A DNA stretch of 64,000 nt from an uncultured archaeon (lineage in GTDB: Archaea; Aenigmatarchaeota; Aenigmatarchaeia; PWEA01; JAGHBM01): NCBI GenBank assembly GCA_964584335.1, contig CAZOZN010000002.1, positions 8,025 to 72,024 on the forward strand. The letters are read 5' to 3'. This document shows, piece after piece, positions 36,057-46,541 of this stretch. Within the stretch, counting starts at the first letter, position 1; each line of letters starts with the position of its first letter. The notes below the pieces were generated by a model. That model was not told the DNA's origin and ran no database searches. It saw nothing but the letters and a program-made list of their open reading frames with translations. The translations under genes and the position numbers were made by a program.

Positions 36057-37529
36057 ATGGAAAATTTTAAAATTCTATTAAAAAAGTTTGTAGAAGAAAG
36101 AGGTCTAGTTAAATTTCAGATAGAAAGCTATAACAATTTCGTAGAAAGCAAGCTTCAAAAAATATTTGATGAAATAGGAGAAATAAAACCAGAAAGTGAT
36201 AGGTTAAGGGAATTTAAGGTAAAGCTAGGTTCGGTAAGGCTTGGCGTACCAAGTGTAAAAGAATCAGACGGGTCAATGAGAGAAATACTTCCAGCAGAAG
36301 CAAGGCTTAGAAATCTGACATATTCTGCTCCGCTTTTCCTAGAAATGACACCTGTAATCGGAAATAACGAACAGGAAACAAGCGAAGTAAAAATAGGTAA
36401 CATACCAATAATGCTAAAAAGTAACTTATGCCCGTTAAAAAAAATGAACAGAGAGGAATTAATTAAAGCCAAGGAAGACCCAGATGAACCAGGCGGGTAC
36501 TTTATAATAAACGGAACTGAAAGAGTATTAACATTAATAGAAGAAATTACACCCAACAAAGTTATTCTAGAAATGAAAAAAGGAGAGGCGAACGGGAGAA
36601 TAACAAGCGAAAGAAGGGGTTGGGGACAAAAACACAATCTTATTAGAAAAAAAGACGGTATACTAGAAATATCCTTTGCTAGCCTAAAAGGATTTTCTCT
36701 TATAGTTTTACTAAGAGCTTTGGGTCTTAGCAGCGACAAAGAGATAATAGAAACAATAAATGCAAAAGAAGAATACAATGAAGAACTTTATGTTAATATA
36801 TATGAAACAGACATAAGTAGCACCGAAGAAGCACTTGAATATATAGGAAAGAAAATGAAAGTTTTTCAAAAAGAATATAGAAAAGAAAGAGCTGAACAAA
36901 TAATAGATAAATATTTACTTCCTCATATAGGTCAGGAACCCGAAGATAGAATAAAGAAGTCAAAATATTTATCAAGAATAGGTTTAAATCTCATAAAGCT
37001 TGCCCACGGTGAAATAGAAGAAGATGATATAGACCATTACAGCAACAAAAGACTAAAAACTGCCGGAGATTTAATGGAAATACTTATAAGAAGCATACTT
37101 TTAGGTAAGTGGGGATTAATAGAAAGGATAAATTATAACTATAAAAAAATTGCAAAGAGAGGTAAAATACCTTCTGTATCCACGGTTGTAGAAAGTAACG
37201 TATTGACTAGCCAAATAAACTCATCATTGGCTACAGGAATGTGGGTAGGAGGAAGAACCGGTGTTAGCCAGAGACTGGAAAGAACAAATTTCACTAGGTC
37301 TTTGGCACACTTAAGAAACATAATATCACCTCTATCAACGACACAAGAACATTTTAAGGCAAGAGAATTGCATTCAACACACTGGGGCAGAATCGATCCA
37401 TCGGAAACCCCAGAAGGTCCTACAATAGGATTGAGAAAATACATGGCAATGATGGCAGAAATAACAAATGGCATCGACCCTGAAAAAAGTGAATTGATAA
37501 TTAAAAATTTAAAAACAAAAATAAGTTGA
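36057..37529 (+). CDS. rpoB2: RNA polymerase subunit B'' (N-terminal part of split Rpo2). The ORF-track start 36036 is a TTG overlapping rpoH; ATG 36057 is preferred.
   Basis: Conserved Rpo2 N-terminal regions (GYFIINGTERVL, ...). Confidence 0.9.
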   Translation: MENFKILLKKFVEERGLVKFQIESYNNFVESKLQKIFDEIGEIKPESDRLREFKVKLGSVRLGVPSVKESDGSMREILPAEARLRNLTYSAPLFLEMTPVIGNNEQETSEVKIGNIPIMLKSNLCPLKKMNREELIKAKEDPDEPGGYFIINGTERVLTLIEEITPNKVILEMKKGEANGRITSERRGWGQKHNLIRKKDGILEISFASLKGFSLIVLLRALGLSSDKEIIETINAKEEYNEELYVNIYETDISSTEEALEYIGKKMKVFQKEYRKERAEQIIDKYLLPHIGQEPEDRIKKSKYLSRIGLNLIKLAHGEIEEDDIDHYSNKRLKTAGDLMEILIRSILLGKWGLIERINYNYKKIAKRGKIPSVSTVVESNVLTSQINSSLATGMWVGGRTGVSQRLERTNFTRSLAHLRNIISPLSTTQEHFKARELHSTHWGRIDPSETPEGPTIGLRKYMAMMAEITNGIDPEKSELIIKNLKTKIS

Positions 37530-37534
37530 TATCT

Positions 37535-39325
37535 ATGACTAATGTATTTTTAAACTGGTCTTTAATTGGTGAAGTAAAAACCCCAAAGAGTCTTGTGAAT
37601 GAGATAAGAAAAAAAAGAAGAACTGGGAAAATATCAAAAGAAGTTAACGTATCTTACGACGAAGAACTTGATGAAGTAATAATAAATAACAGTGGCGGCA
37701 GAATTAGAAGACCGTTAATAGTAGTAAAAAACGGCACATCTTTGTTGAAGAAGAGTCATTTAAAGGACCTAGAATCAGGTAAAATAACATTTGAAGATTT
37801 GATTAAGAATGGTATAATAGAATATCTTGACTGTGACGAAGAAGAAGACTCTTACATAGCACTTTGGCCAGAGGACTTAACAAAAGAACACACACATCTT
37901 GAAATAAATCCACTTATAATGTTTGGCTTATCTTCTTCCTTAATACCCTACGGAGAATATGACCGTGGTGACAGGGTAAATTTTGGTGCAAAAATGATTG
38001 GTCAAAGTCTAGGATTTTATAGTTCAAGTTTTAGAAAAAGAACAGACACAAAATCAAACATACTGCTTTACCCGCAAGTTCCTCTTGTAACTTCATCTAC
38101 TTACGATATATTTGACTTAGACAAACACCCATCAGGACAAAATGTTGTAATAGCACTTCTGACATACGGCGGTTACAACATAGAAGACGCTGTAATAGTA
38201 AACAAGGGGAGTATAGAAAGAGGTCTTGGGAGGTCTTTCTTCTTCCGCACATACAATATAGAAGAAACAAGGTACGGAGGAGGTCAAATAGACGAGATAA
38301 AGATACCAGAAAAAGATGTAAGGGGTTACAGGTCAGAGAGTGCATATTCTATGTTATCGGAGGATGGTTTAATACATCCAGAAAGAAACGTAGCGGATGG
38401 AAGTGTTCTTGTAGGAAAAACTTCACCTCTAAGATTTCTTAACAGAGGAGAATTCTTAACTGGAATACAAAACAGAAGAGAAACCTCACTCGTATTGAGA
38501 CATGGAGAAAAAGGAAAGGTAGATAAAGTTTTAATATCAGAAACAAACAATGGTGACAAAACGGTAAAGGTTACTGTTAGAGATTTGAGAGTACCTGAAC
38601 TGGGAGATAAATTTGCATCAAGGCATGGTCAGAAAGGAGTTATAGGTTTAATAAGACCTGAAGAAGATATGCCTTTCACATCAGGAGGAATAACACCAGA
38701 TATAATAATGAATCCTCATTCAATTCCATCGAGGCTTACGGTAGGGCAGCTTCTGGAAATGATATCAGGAAAAGTGGCCGCACTAGAAGGCAGGAAAACA
38801 AACGCTACAATGTTTAATGGAGAAAAAGAAGAAGACCTGAGAAAAACACTGAAAAAAGCTGGATTCAAGGAAGATGGAAAAGAAATATTATACAACGGTA
38901 TTACCGGAGAAAAGATGGAAGTAGAGATATATGTAGGTATGATATACTATCAAAAACTTGAACATATGGTAGCAAACAAAATACATGCCAGGTCAAGAGG
39001 TCCGGTAACGCTTCTAACAAAACAACCCACAGAAGGTAGAGCCAACGAGGGTGGTCTGAGATTCGGAGAAATGGAAAAAGACTGTCTGATGGCACACGGA
39101 ACTCCTCTACTTTTGAAGGAAAGATTTTCATCAGACGACTCGATAATACCTGTATGTGAAAAATGCGGAGGCGTAGCTGTTTATGATTGGAGAAAAAACA
39201 AACACTTCTGTCCCCTATGCAAGAAAACCAAGATAAAAGAAATAAAAATGAGTTATGCTTTCAAGCTTATGTTAGATGAATTAAAATCTCTTATGATAAT
39301 GCCAAAATTATATGTAGGTGAATAA
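37535..39325 (+). CDS. rpoB1: RNA polymerase subunit B' (C-terminal part of split Rpo2). ATG 37535 is preferred over the overlapping TTG at 37526.
   Basis: GDKFASRHGQKGVIG, GGQRFGEME-like LRFGEMEKDCL, C-terminal Zn ribbon CEKCG...CPLC. Confidence 0.9.
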   Translation: MTNVFLNWSLIGEVKTPKSLVNEIRKKRRTGKISKEVNVSYDEELDEVIINNSGGRIRRPLIVVKNGTSLLKKSHLKDLESGKITFEDLIKNGIIEYLDCDEEEDSYIALWPEDLTKEHTHLEINPLIMFGLSSSLIPYGEYDRGDRVNFGAKMIGQSLGFYSSSFRKRTDTKSNILLYPQVPLVTSSTYDIFDLDKHPSGQNVVIALLTYGGYNIEDAVIVNKGSIERGLGRSFFFRTYNIEETRYGGGQIDEIKIPEKDVRGYRSESAYSMLSEDGLIHPERNVADGSVLVGKTSPLRFLNRGEFLTGIQNRRETSLVLRHGEKGKVDKVLISETNNGDKTVKVTVRDLRVPELGDKFASRHGQKGVIGLIRPEEDMPFTSGGITPDIIMNPHSIPSRLTVGQLLEMISGKVAALEGRKTNATMFNGEKEEDLRKTLKKAGFKEDGKEILYNGITGEKMEVEIYVGMIYYQKLEHMVANKIHARSRGPVTLLTKQPTEGRANEGGLRFGEMEKDCLMAHGTPLLLKERFSSDDSIIPVCEKCGGVAVYDWRKNKHFCPLCKKTKIKEIKMSYAFKLMLDELKSLMIMPKLYVGE

Positions 39326-39326
39326 A

Positions 39327-41855
39327 ATGATAGAAAAGGTAAAAGCAATTGGATTTGGTCTTCTGTCCCCTAAAGTATTGAGAAAAATATCTACGGTAGA
39401 AATAAACAGATACGACCTTTACGACAGAGACGGCTATCCTGTAGAAGGAGGTATAATGGACTCAAGGCTTGGTGTTGTAGACCCTGGAATGAGATGCAAG
39501 ATATGCGGCGGCGGTGTAGGAACTTGTATGGGACATTTTGGTTATATAGAATTAGCAAGACCTGTTATTCATGTGAGATATGTAAAAACTATTTACAAAT
39601 TACTAAGAGCAACCTGCCAGGATTGTGGAAGGGTTCTAGAGTCAAAAGAAGATGTAAAACTAAGAAAAAGACCTCTTTATGAACTTTATTTGGCAAAGAA
39701 AAAGAAATGCCCGCATTGCGGAGCAGAACAGGAACCAATAAGGCTAAACAAGCCATATAATTTTACAATAGACAAGAAACCACTCACGCCTCTTAGAATA
39801 AGAGAATGGATGGAAAAAATAAACGATAAAGACCTAAAGCTTTTAGATATGAACGGGGGGAGGCCAGAATGGCTTATAATTACAATTCTACCAGTACCTC
39901 CGGTAACAGTAAGACCTTCAATAACACTTGAAACTGGAGAAAGGTCGGAAGACGATTTGACACATAAGCTAGTTGATATTATAAGAATAAACGGAAGGTT
40001 AAAAGACAACATAACAATAGGTGCTCCTGATTTCATAATAGACGATTTGTGGGAGTTGCTTCAATATCATGTATCAACTTTATTCAACAACAATCTTTCA
40101 GGCGTGCCTCAAGCAAGGCATAGAAGTGGAAGAGCACTCAGGACACTATCACAAAGACTAAAAGGAAAAGAAGGCAGGTTCAGGAATAATCTATCTGGGA
40201 AAAGAGTTAACTTTTCTTCAAGGACTGTAATATCTCCGGACCCAAACATAAGTATAAACGAAGTGGGGGTTCCAATAAAAATAGCAAAGGAACTTACAGT
40301 ACCGATAACTGTAAATGACAGAAACATTTCCACTCTAAGAGCTATGATAAGAAGAGGTCCTGATGCTATAGACGGAGCTAATTATGTAGTAAGGCCTGAC
40401 AAAAGAAAGAAGAAAATAACAAGTGAAAATTGCGATGAGATAGCAGAGGAAATAGAAAAAGGCTATATTGTAGAGAGGCATTTGAAGGATGGTGATGTTG
40501 TAATATTTAACAGACAACCATCTTTGCACAGAATGAGTATAATGGCACATAAAGTCAGGTTAACTCCATGGAGAACGTTTACATTGAACCTGTGTGATTG
40601 TGCACCTTATAACGCAGACTTTGACGGAGATGAAATGAACCTTCATGTACCGCAAACCGTAGAAGCTTCAACAGAGGCAGAAATGTTGATGCTCGCAGAA
40701 AAAAATATAAGAAGTCCCAGATTCGGTGGCCCTATAATAGGATGTATAGAAGACCATGTATCGGGAAATTACATGCTTACCAAAAAATCAACAAAAATAA
40801 ACAAAGAAGATGCAATACAATTACTCTCAAACATAGGAGTAGAAGTAAAAATTAAAAAAGAAATATCAGGAAAAGAATTGTTCAGCCATCTTTTACCAAA
40901 AGACCTTAACATAAAATTCAAGAGCAACGGTTGTAAAGGTTGTGATAAGTGTGAAAAAGAGAAATGCCCCTACGACCTTTTTGTTTCAATAAAAAATGGT
41001 AAACTAAAAACAGGTGTAATAGATTCAAAGTCGTTAGGAAAAGAAAAGGGATTGCTTTTAGACTACATAGAAAGAAATTATGGAAGCGAAGAAACAAGAA
41101 TTTTCTTGGACAGGGTTTCCAAATTAGGAATAACTTTCCTAATGAGCAAAGGATTTACTATAGGTATATCAGACCAAGATATACCAAAAGAAGCAAAGAA
41201 AAAAATAAACAAAGTTGTTAAGGATGTAGAAAAAGAATGTATGGATTTAATAGAAAAATACAGAAAAAAAGAATTAGAACACTTGCCTGGACAAACTCTT
41301 AAAGAAAGTCTTGAAACTTACATCATGAAAGCATTAAGAAAGGTTGTAGACAAGGCTTCCGATGTAATATCAGACACTCTCTCTGAAAACTGCGCTGTTA
41401 TAATGGCAAAATCAGGAGCAAGAGGCAGCATGTTGAATCTTACTCAGCTGGCAGGTTGTATAGGACAACAAACGCTTCAAGGAGAAAGAATACACAGGGG
41501 ATATAAAAAGAGAACCCTGCCTCACTTCAAGAAAGGAGAACTTTCTCCGCAATCAAGAGGATTCGTGCCAACATCATTCAAAGACGGTTTAAATCCGTTC
41601 GAATTTTTCTTTAATGCAATGAATGGAAGAGAAGGTCTTATGGATAAATCACTTAGAACAAGAAAATCTGGTTACATGGAAAGAAGACTCGTTAACGCTC
41701 TGCAGGACTTGAAGATAGAATATGACTACACAGTAAGAGACGATTGGGGAAGAATAGTACAGTTCCATGTAGCAGAAGATGGTTTGGATCCCTCAAAAAC
41801 AGAATGGGGTTCATTAAATATAAGAAAAATAATTGAATCTGAGATGGGTGATTAA
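39327..41855 (+). CDS. rpoA1: RNA polymerase subunit A' (Rpo1 N-terminal). ATG 39327 is preferred over the overlapping GTG at 39318.
   Basis: Zn-binding N-terminus (CKICGGGVGTCMGHFGYIEL), catalytic YNADFDGDEMNLHVPQ. Confidence 0.9.
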   Translation: MIEKVKAIGFGLLSPKVLRKISTVEINRYDLYDRDGYPVEGGIMDSRLGVVDPGMRCKICGGGVGTCMGHFGYIELARPVIHVRYVKTIYKLLRATCQDCGRVLESKEDVKLRKRPLYELYLAKKKKCPHCGAEQEPIRLNKPYNFTIDKKPLTPLRIREWMEKINDKDLKLLDMNGGRPEWLIITILPVPPVTVRPSITLETGERSEDDLTHKLVDIIRINGRLKDNITIGAPDFIIDDLWELLQYHVSTLFNNNLSGVPQARHRSGRALRTLSQRLKGKEGRFRNNLSGKRVNFSSRTVISPDPNISINEVGVPIKIAKELTVPITVNDRNISTLRAMIRRGPDAIDGANYVVRPDKRKKKITSENCDEIAEEIEKGYIVERHLKDGDVVIFNRQPSLHRMSIMAHKVRLTPWRTFTLNLCDCAPYNADFDGDEMNLHVPQTVEASTEAEMLMLAEKNIRSPRFGGPIIGCIEDHVSGNYMLTKKSTKINKEDAIQLLSNIGVEVKIKKEISGKELFSHLLPKDLNIKFKSNGCKGCDKCEKEKCPYDLFVSIKNGKLKTGVIDSKSLGKEKGLLLDYIERNYGSEETRIFLDRVSKLGITFLMSKGFTIGISDQDIPKEAKKKINKVVKDVEKECMDLIEKYRKKELEHLPGQTLKESLETYIMKALRKVVDKASDVISDTLSENCAVIMAKSGARGSMLNLTQLAGCIGQQTLQGERIHRGYKKRTLPHFKKGELSPQSRGFVPTSFKDGLNPFEFFFNAMNGREGLMDKSLRTRKSGYMERRLVNALQDLKIEYDYTVRDDWGRIVQFHVAEDGLDPSKTEWGSLNIRKIIESEMGD

Positions 41856-42995
41856 ATGAATTATAAAGAAATCATATCAAAATCTATTTTATCTGAAAAA
41901 ATGAAAGAAGAAACAGAAAGTTATTTCAATGAATATAAACCAACTGAAAAACAAGCAAAAGATATAATGGAGAAAATAGAAAAAAACTACAAAAAAATGA
42001 AATATGTTCCAGGAGAGGCGGTTGGTATTATAGCAGCACAATCGATATCAGAACCTGCCACTCAGATGACTATGCGTACATACCACACGGCTGGTTCTGT
42101 GGTTAAACAGGTTTCTTTGGGTCTTCCCAGATTAATAGAAATAGTAGATGCCAGAAGGGAAGCCAAAACACCTATAATGCAAATATACCTAAAAGAAGAA
42201 AACAATACAAAGGAAAACGCTAAAAAAATAGCAAAAAAGATAAAGGAAACCAAAATCAAAAGCATAATAATAGAAGACATAATAGATTTGGTAAATTTGG
42301 TAATAGAAATAAAGGTTGATGATAAAAAATTAAAAGACTTGGAAATAGAATTAGAAGAAATAAAGAACATAATAAACAAGAAAATAAAAAATTACGAAGT
42401 AAATATAGAAAAGAATAAAATAGAGTTAAAGTCGAAAAAAGAAAACGTAACGATAAAAGACCTTCAAAAAACTAAGCTTAAATTATTTGACATAAGATTA
42501 AGAGGAATATCAGGCATAGAACAGGCAATGGTAACGAAAGAAAGTAGTGAATGGGTAATAACTACCATAGGCTCAAATATTAAGAAAACTATAAAGATAG
42601 AAGGAATAGATAAAGGAAGATTATATTCAAATAATATAAAAGAAATAGAAAAACTTTTTGGAATAGAGGCCGCAAGAAATGCAATAATAAAAGAATCCTG
42701 CGATACACTTGCAGACCAAGGTTTGTCAGTTGACCCCAGACATATCATACTTGTTGGTGATATCATGACTATAACAGGAAAGATAATGGCAATAGGAAGA
42801 TACGGTATAGCAGGAAATAAAAGGTCTGTCTTGGCAAGAGCTAACTTCGAGACTACAGTAAAGCATTTGACAGAAGCTGCGGTTAGTGGTAATATAGATC
42901 ACATGGATTCAATAATAGAAAACATACTAATAAACCAAGTACCTCCTATAGGAACCTGCATATGCGACACTACATTTAAATCTAAAAAGAGTTGA
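41856..42995 (+). CDS. rpoA2: RNA polymerase subunit A'' (Rpo1 C-terminal) with Lys-rich insertion.
   Basis: [28 protein letters not shown] (trigger-loop region), C-terminal GIAG...VSG motifs. Confidence 0.85.
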   Translation: MNYKEIISKSILSEKMKEETESYFNEYKPTEKQAKDIMEKIEKNYKKMKYVPGEAVGIIAAQSISEPATQMTMRTYHTAGSVVKQVSLGLPRLIEIVDARREAKTPIMQIYLKEENNTKENAKKIAKKIKETKIKSIIIEDIIDLVNLVIEIKVDDKKLKDLEIELEEIKNIINKKIKNYEVNIEKNKIELKSKKENVTIKDLQKTKLKLFDIRLRGISGIEQAMVTKESSEWVITTIGSNIKKTIKIEGIDKGRLYSNNIKEIEKLFGIEAARNAIIKESCDTLADQGLSVDPRHIILVGDIMTITGKIMAIGRYGIAGNKRSVLARANFETTVKHLTEAAVSGNIDHMDSIIENILINQVPPIGTCICDTTFKSKKS

Positions 42996-42999
42996 TTTT

Positions 43000-43248
43000 A
43001 TGGACAAAATAAATGAAAATGAAATAAAAAAATTTATAAAGGAAAGGGAGTATCTGTGCGGTTATAAGCAGGCAAAAAAGGCGCTAAAAGACGGTAAAGC
43101 GGAAAAAATAATAATTGCAGGTAAGAGTATCGGTAAAGAGGAATTTAAAGATTCTTTAATATTCGAAGGTAATTCTAAACAACTTGGGATAGCATGCAAC
43201 AAACCATTCAGCATTTCAGTATTAACAATTTTAAAAGAAAGTAGATAA
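43000..43248 (+). CDS. rpl30e: Ribosomal protein eL30 (short form).
   Basis: L7Ae/L30e-like fold signature (KAEKIIIAGKSI...); conserved position after rpoA2. Confidence 0.65.
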   Translation: MDKINENEIKKFIKEREYLCGYKQAKKALKDGKAEKIIIAGKSIGKEEFKDSLIFEGNSKQLGIACNKPFSISVLTILKESR

Positions 43249-43249
43249 T

Positions 43250-43654
43250 ATGATAAAAAGTTTCGACATGCAAACAATTGGTCTAATAAACACTTTTGAA
43301 AAAAATACAAAAGTATCTGTACTTGATTGTATATTCGATGAAAAGAATATATATTTTCTTGTGGAGTTTGGCAAAGCCGGTAAAGCTATAGGAAAAAATG
43401 GAAAAAACATAAAAAAAATGCAAAATAGCTTAAAAAAGCAAATAAAGGTATTCGAGTATAACAAAAAACCAAAAAAGTTCATAGAGAACATGATACCAAA
43501 CAGCTCAGTAGAAATAAAAGATTCAGCAAAAGCATCGGTAAAAATAGACCCAAAAGAAAAAGGAAAAATAATAGGAAGAATGGGTTGTAATATAAACAAA
43601 ATAAGAGAACTATTGAAAAGAAATTCAGAAATAAAGACACTTGAAATAAAGTAA
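43250..43654 (+). CDS. nusA: Archaeal NusA-like transcription termination factor (two KH domains).
   Basis: Two KH GxxG motifs (AIGKNGKNIKKM; IIGRMGCNINKI); canonical position after L30e. Confidence 0.7.
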   Translation: MIKSFDMQTIGLINTFEKNTKVSVLDCIFDEKNIYFLVEFGKAGKAIGKNGKNIKKMQNSLKKQIKVFEYNKKPKKFIENMIPNSSVEIKDSAKASVKIDPKEKGKIIGRMGCNINKIRELLKRNSEIKTLEIK

Positions 43655-43694
43655 TATTTTAATATATTCTTATAAAAATAGTATAGAAATAATT

Positions 43695-43853
43695 GGGCCC
43701 ATAGCTCAGCCTGGTAGAGCACTCGGCTCTTAACCGAGTTGTCGAGGGTTCGAATGAGCCTTTCTTCAAAAGAAAGCCTCAAGGGAAAGAACTTGGAAAA
43801 CTCTCTGAGTTTTCCCATGCTTAAATCCTAAGAAAATCCCTCTGGGCCCGCCA
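43695..43853 (+). tRNA. tRNA-Lys(CTT) with an ~82-nt intron in the T-loop (about 59/60).
   Basis: Acceptor GGGCCCA/TGGGCCC, G, CCA; D-arm GCTC-AGCCTGGTA-GAGC; anticodon stem CTCGG, loop CTCTTAA, CCGAG; variable TTGTC; T-stem GAGGG; T-loop TTCGAA(T) interrupted by 43756-43837 before CCCTC. Confidence 0.75.
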
Positions 43854-43857
43854 TTTT

Positions 43858-44400
43858 TCAAAATTCAAACTCTTCTAGCTGACAATTGCATATATCAAGG
43901 TTCCATATTTCTTGGTCAGAAAGTTTCTTTAAAAAACCAATTATTATCTTAATTGGTTCACCATGTGAAACCAAGAGAACATTTTCATAATTCGAATTCT
44001 TCAAATGCTCTAGGAAAGAAAAAACTCTTTCTTTTTCTTCATGGAAAGATTCACCATCTCCAATTTTCATATCGAAAACATCTTCCTCAACAGATTTAAT
44101 AAACTTACTGTATGGTTTTCCTTCCATACCCGTATTTCTATCATCCAATCTGGCATCGACTTTAATTGGAGAATCATGATAAATATTGATAAAATCTGCG
44201 GTTTCTCTTGTTCTGGGCAAACGAGATACAAAAATAACATCTATCTTTTTTTCTTTTAATTTCTCAGCAACATCTTTTGCCTGAGATATGCCAAGTTTTG
44301 TTAAGTGAACGTCTTTAGATGGGTCAGAATTAACCAAATCCTTTTCTGCGTTATAATTGGTCTGGCCATGTCTTACAAAATACAATTTCATCAGAAACAC
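43858..44400 (-). CDS. Histidine phosphatase superfamily (phosphoglycerate-mutase-like) protein.
   Basis: N-terminal LYFVRHGQTNYN (RHG catalytic motif); central SRLPRTRETAD; later SHGEPIK (second His). Confidence 0.7.
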   Translation of the reverse strand: MFLMKLYFVRHGQTNYNAEKDLVNSDPSKDVHLTKLGISQAKDVAEKLKEKKIDVIFVSRLPRTRETADFINIYHDSPIKVDARLDDRNTGMEGKPYSKFIKSVEEDVFDMKIGDGESFHEEKERVFSFLEHLKNSNYENVLLVSHGEPIKIIIGFLKKLSDQEIWNLDICNCQLEEFEF

Positions 44401-44685
44401 TTAAATCAAAGTAACATTTTCAACTTCAACCGATGCCACTCCTTTGATATCAGAAACAACGTTCTCTATATCATCAGTACCCTGTCCTTCTGCATCTGGT
44501 CTTACAACCATTACTCTAAGAGCTTTCAAGCCAAATCCTATGTTTATTTCTTCCATATCCTCAACAGGAAGCTTATCTTTTATAGAAGTTTTTAAACTAT
44601 CAATTTCAACTTCGGGTCCTTCTGTATTGACTTTTAAAGATATTGCGACTTTACCCATAAAATCATTCTCTTCTCTCTTTTCCAA
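44401..44685 (-). CDS. Translation elongation factor EF-1 beta (aEF1B).
   Basis: ~90 aa; [43 protein letters not shown] matches the aEF-1beta guanine-exchange fold consensus. Confidence 0.75.
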   Translation of the reverse strand: MEKREENDFMGKVAISLKVNTEGPEVEIDSLKTSIKDKLPVEDMEEINIGFGLKALRVMVVRPDAEGQGTDDIENVVSDIKGVASVEVENVTLI

Positions 44686-44848
44686 GTCTTTTAGTTCTCC
44701 AGTTTTCCTTATTTATTTTGGTTGATTTTCCAAAACCGCAGGCTGAACAAAAGCCTTTCCTTCTGTTGAAAGAATGCTTTCCACATCTTCTACATCTTAT
44801 ATGGGTTTTCCTTTGATGTTTACCAAAAGAAGGAGTTCCCTTAGTCAT
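44663..44848 (-). CDS. rpl37e: Ribosomal protein eL37 (start at internal ATG 44848 of the 82-aa ORF-track entry).
   Basis: [39 protein letters not shown] is the canonical L37e N-terminus and C4 Zn ribbon. Confidence 0.85.
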   Translation of the reverse strand: MTKGTPSFGKHQRKTHIRCRRCGKHSFNRRKGFCSACGFGKSTKINKENWRTKRLGKERRE

Positions 44849-44867
44849 AAAATCACAATATAAGTTT

Positions 44868-45092
44868 TTACTCTGGGGATATAAAGAGTATGTTGTCTCC
44901 TCGTATAACAATGGTACCTAGTTTCGTAGTTTTATCACTGTTTCTTTTTTCTGCATCCTCAAGCCATAGGTTAAGGTGCAAATCAAAGGCGTTTAAAACT
45001 CCTATTATTTCTTCGCCGTTTTTTAGGCTTAAAATTACTCTTTTACCTTTAGCATTGTTTAATGCATCCAGTGGTCTGCTATCGTCTGTCAT
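44868..45092 (-). CDS. Sm-like archaeal protein (SmAP/LSm).
   Basis: Sm1/Sm2 motifs: [30 protein letters not shown] ... [13 protein letters not shown]; classic Sm-L37e gene pair. Confidence 0.8.
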   Translation of the reverse strand: MTDDSRPLDALNNAKGKRVILSLKNGEEIIGVLNAFDLHLNLWLEDAEKRNSDKTTKLGTIVIRGDNILFISPE

Positions 45093-45160
45093 ACTCTCTT
45101 TTTAATATTTAATATATTTAAAGTTTTTTCCACAAAGATATTTAAATTAAGGAGTTTAAA

Positions 45161-45547
45161 GTGATAACTATGAAAATACAAGGAAGAAGCAGAAGGACTT
45201 CGACAGGAGCACTTTATCACAGTCATAAAAAGAAGAAAAAATACGAGTCAGGAAGAGAATTACTTAGAACCAAATTGGAAGAAAGGGTAAGAAAAATAAA
45301 CTTAGATTCAAGAGGCAATACAAAAAAACTGAGATTAATGTCTTTTAAGGATGCAAATGTATCAGACCCCAAGGAAAACAAAACATATCTTTTGCCGGTA
45401 AAGAACGTATTAGAAAATCCTGCAGATTCCCATCTTGTAAGAAGAAACATAATAACAAAAGGAGCAATAATAGAGACTGAAAAAGGTAAAGCAAGAGTAA
45501 CATCAAGACCTTCTCAAGATGGAACAGTAAATGCAGTTCTTATATGA
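45161..45547 (+). CDS. rps8e: Ribosomal protein eS8.
   Basis: SRRTSTGALYHSHKKKKKYESGRE...ITKGAIIETEKGKARVTSRPSQDGTVNAVLI matches the eS8 consensus. Confidence 0.85.
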   Translation: MITMKIQGRSRRTSTGALYHSHKKKKKYESGRELLRTKLEERVRKINLDSRGNTKKLRLMSFKDANVSDPKENKTYLLPVKNVLENPADSHLVRRNIITKGAIIETEKGKARVTSRPSQDGTVNAVLI

Positions 45548-45580
45548 TTTTTCTAAAGAGTAATTTATATTAGTATAGTA

Positions 45581-46288
45581 TTGACTATACTAAACATGAT
45601 AAAAGGAGTTATCTTTGATTTGGATAATACTTTAATAGACTTCATGAAAATGAAAAAAATTTGTTCTGAGGAAGCGATAACAGCAATGATAGACGCCGGT
45701 CTTCCCTTAAAAAAAGAAGAAGGCATAAAAATATTATTCGACCTTTACAAAAAATATGGAATTGAAAACCAAAAAATATTTCAAGAGTTCTTAAAAAAAA
45801 CAATAGGAAGAATAGACAAGAAAATTCTTGCAAACGGAATATCAGCATACAGAAAAGTAAAGATTGGTTTCATAAAACCTTATCCTAATGTAGTTCCTGT
45901 ATTAATAGAACTAAAGAGGAGAGGAATAAAAATTGGAATATTATCAGATGCCCCAGAACTTCAGGGCTGGATTAGGTTAGCTGATATGAAGATAATTCAT
46001 TTCTTCGACTTAGTACTGACTTTGGGAGAAACAAAAAAACTAAAACCATCAAAAAAACCATTTGAAATGGCACTAAGTAAACTTAAAATAAAGCCAAAAG
46101 AGACACTTTTCGTGGGAGAAAATCCAGAAAGAGATATAAAAGGGGCCAAGTCAGTTGAAATGATTACTGCGCTGGCTCTTTATGGTCTTGACTATAAAAA
46201 AAAGTATAAAAAAATAAAGGCAGATTATGAAATAAAAGACGTAAAAGAAGTAATTAAAATAGTCGATTTGTATGAAAACAAAGATTAA
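45581..46288 (+). CDS. HAD-superfamily hydrolase (phosphatase).
   Basis: Motif I VIFDLDNTLIDF, motif II ILSDA-region, motif III/IV ...FVGENPERDIKGAK (K and DD-like). Confidence 0.7.
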   Translation: MTILNMIKGVIFDLDNTLIDFMKMKKICSEEAITAMIDAGLPLKKEEGIKILFDLYKKYGIENQKIFQEFLKKTIGRIDKKILANGISAYRKVKIGFIKPYPNVVPVLIELKRRGIKIGILSDAPELQGWIRLADMKIIHFFDLVLTLGETKKLKPSKKPFEMALSKLKIKPKETLFVGENPERDIKGAKSVEMITALALYGLDYKKKYKKIKADYEIKDVKEVIKIVDLYENKD

Positions 46289-46541
46289 CGTTTATGGAAA
46301 GGTTCAGGGTGTTTTTTTTAGGTATAACACAAAAAAGGCAGCAGAAAAACTAGGGATAAAAGGCTGGGTAAGAAACATTAAAGATGGTAGCGTGGAAATA
46401 ATAGCAGAAGGAGAAAAAGAAAAAATAAAAGAATTTACAGAATGGATTAAAAAAAGCCCTGGTTCTTCTGTAGTGAAAAAAATAGACATAAAAGAAGAAA
46501 AAACAAAAGAAAAGTTTTCCGGTTTTAGCATCCGCCTGTAG
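46272..46541 (+). CDS. acyP: Acylphosphatase.
   Basis: VYGKVQGVFFRYNTKKAAEKLGIKGWVRNIKDGSVEIIAEGEKEKI is the acylphosphatase signature (V.G.VQGV.FR / GWVRN..DGSVE). Confidence 0.75.
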   Translation: MKTKINVYGKVQGVFFRYNTKKAAEKLGIKGWVRNIKDGSVEIIAEGEKEKIKEFTEWIKKSPGSSVVKKIDIKEEKTKEKFSGFSIRL

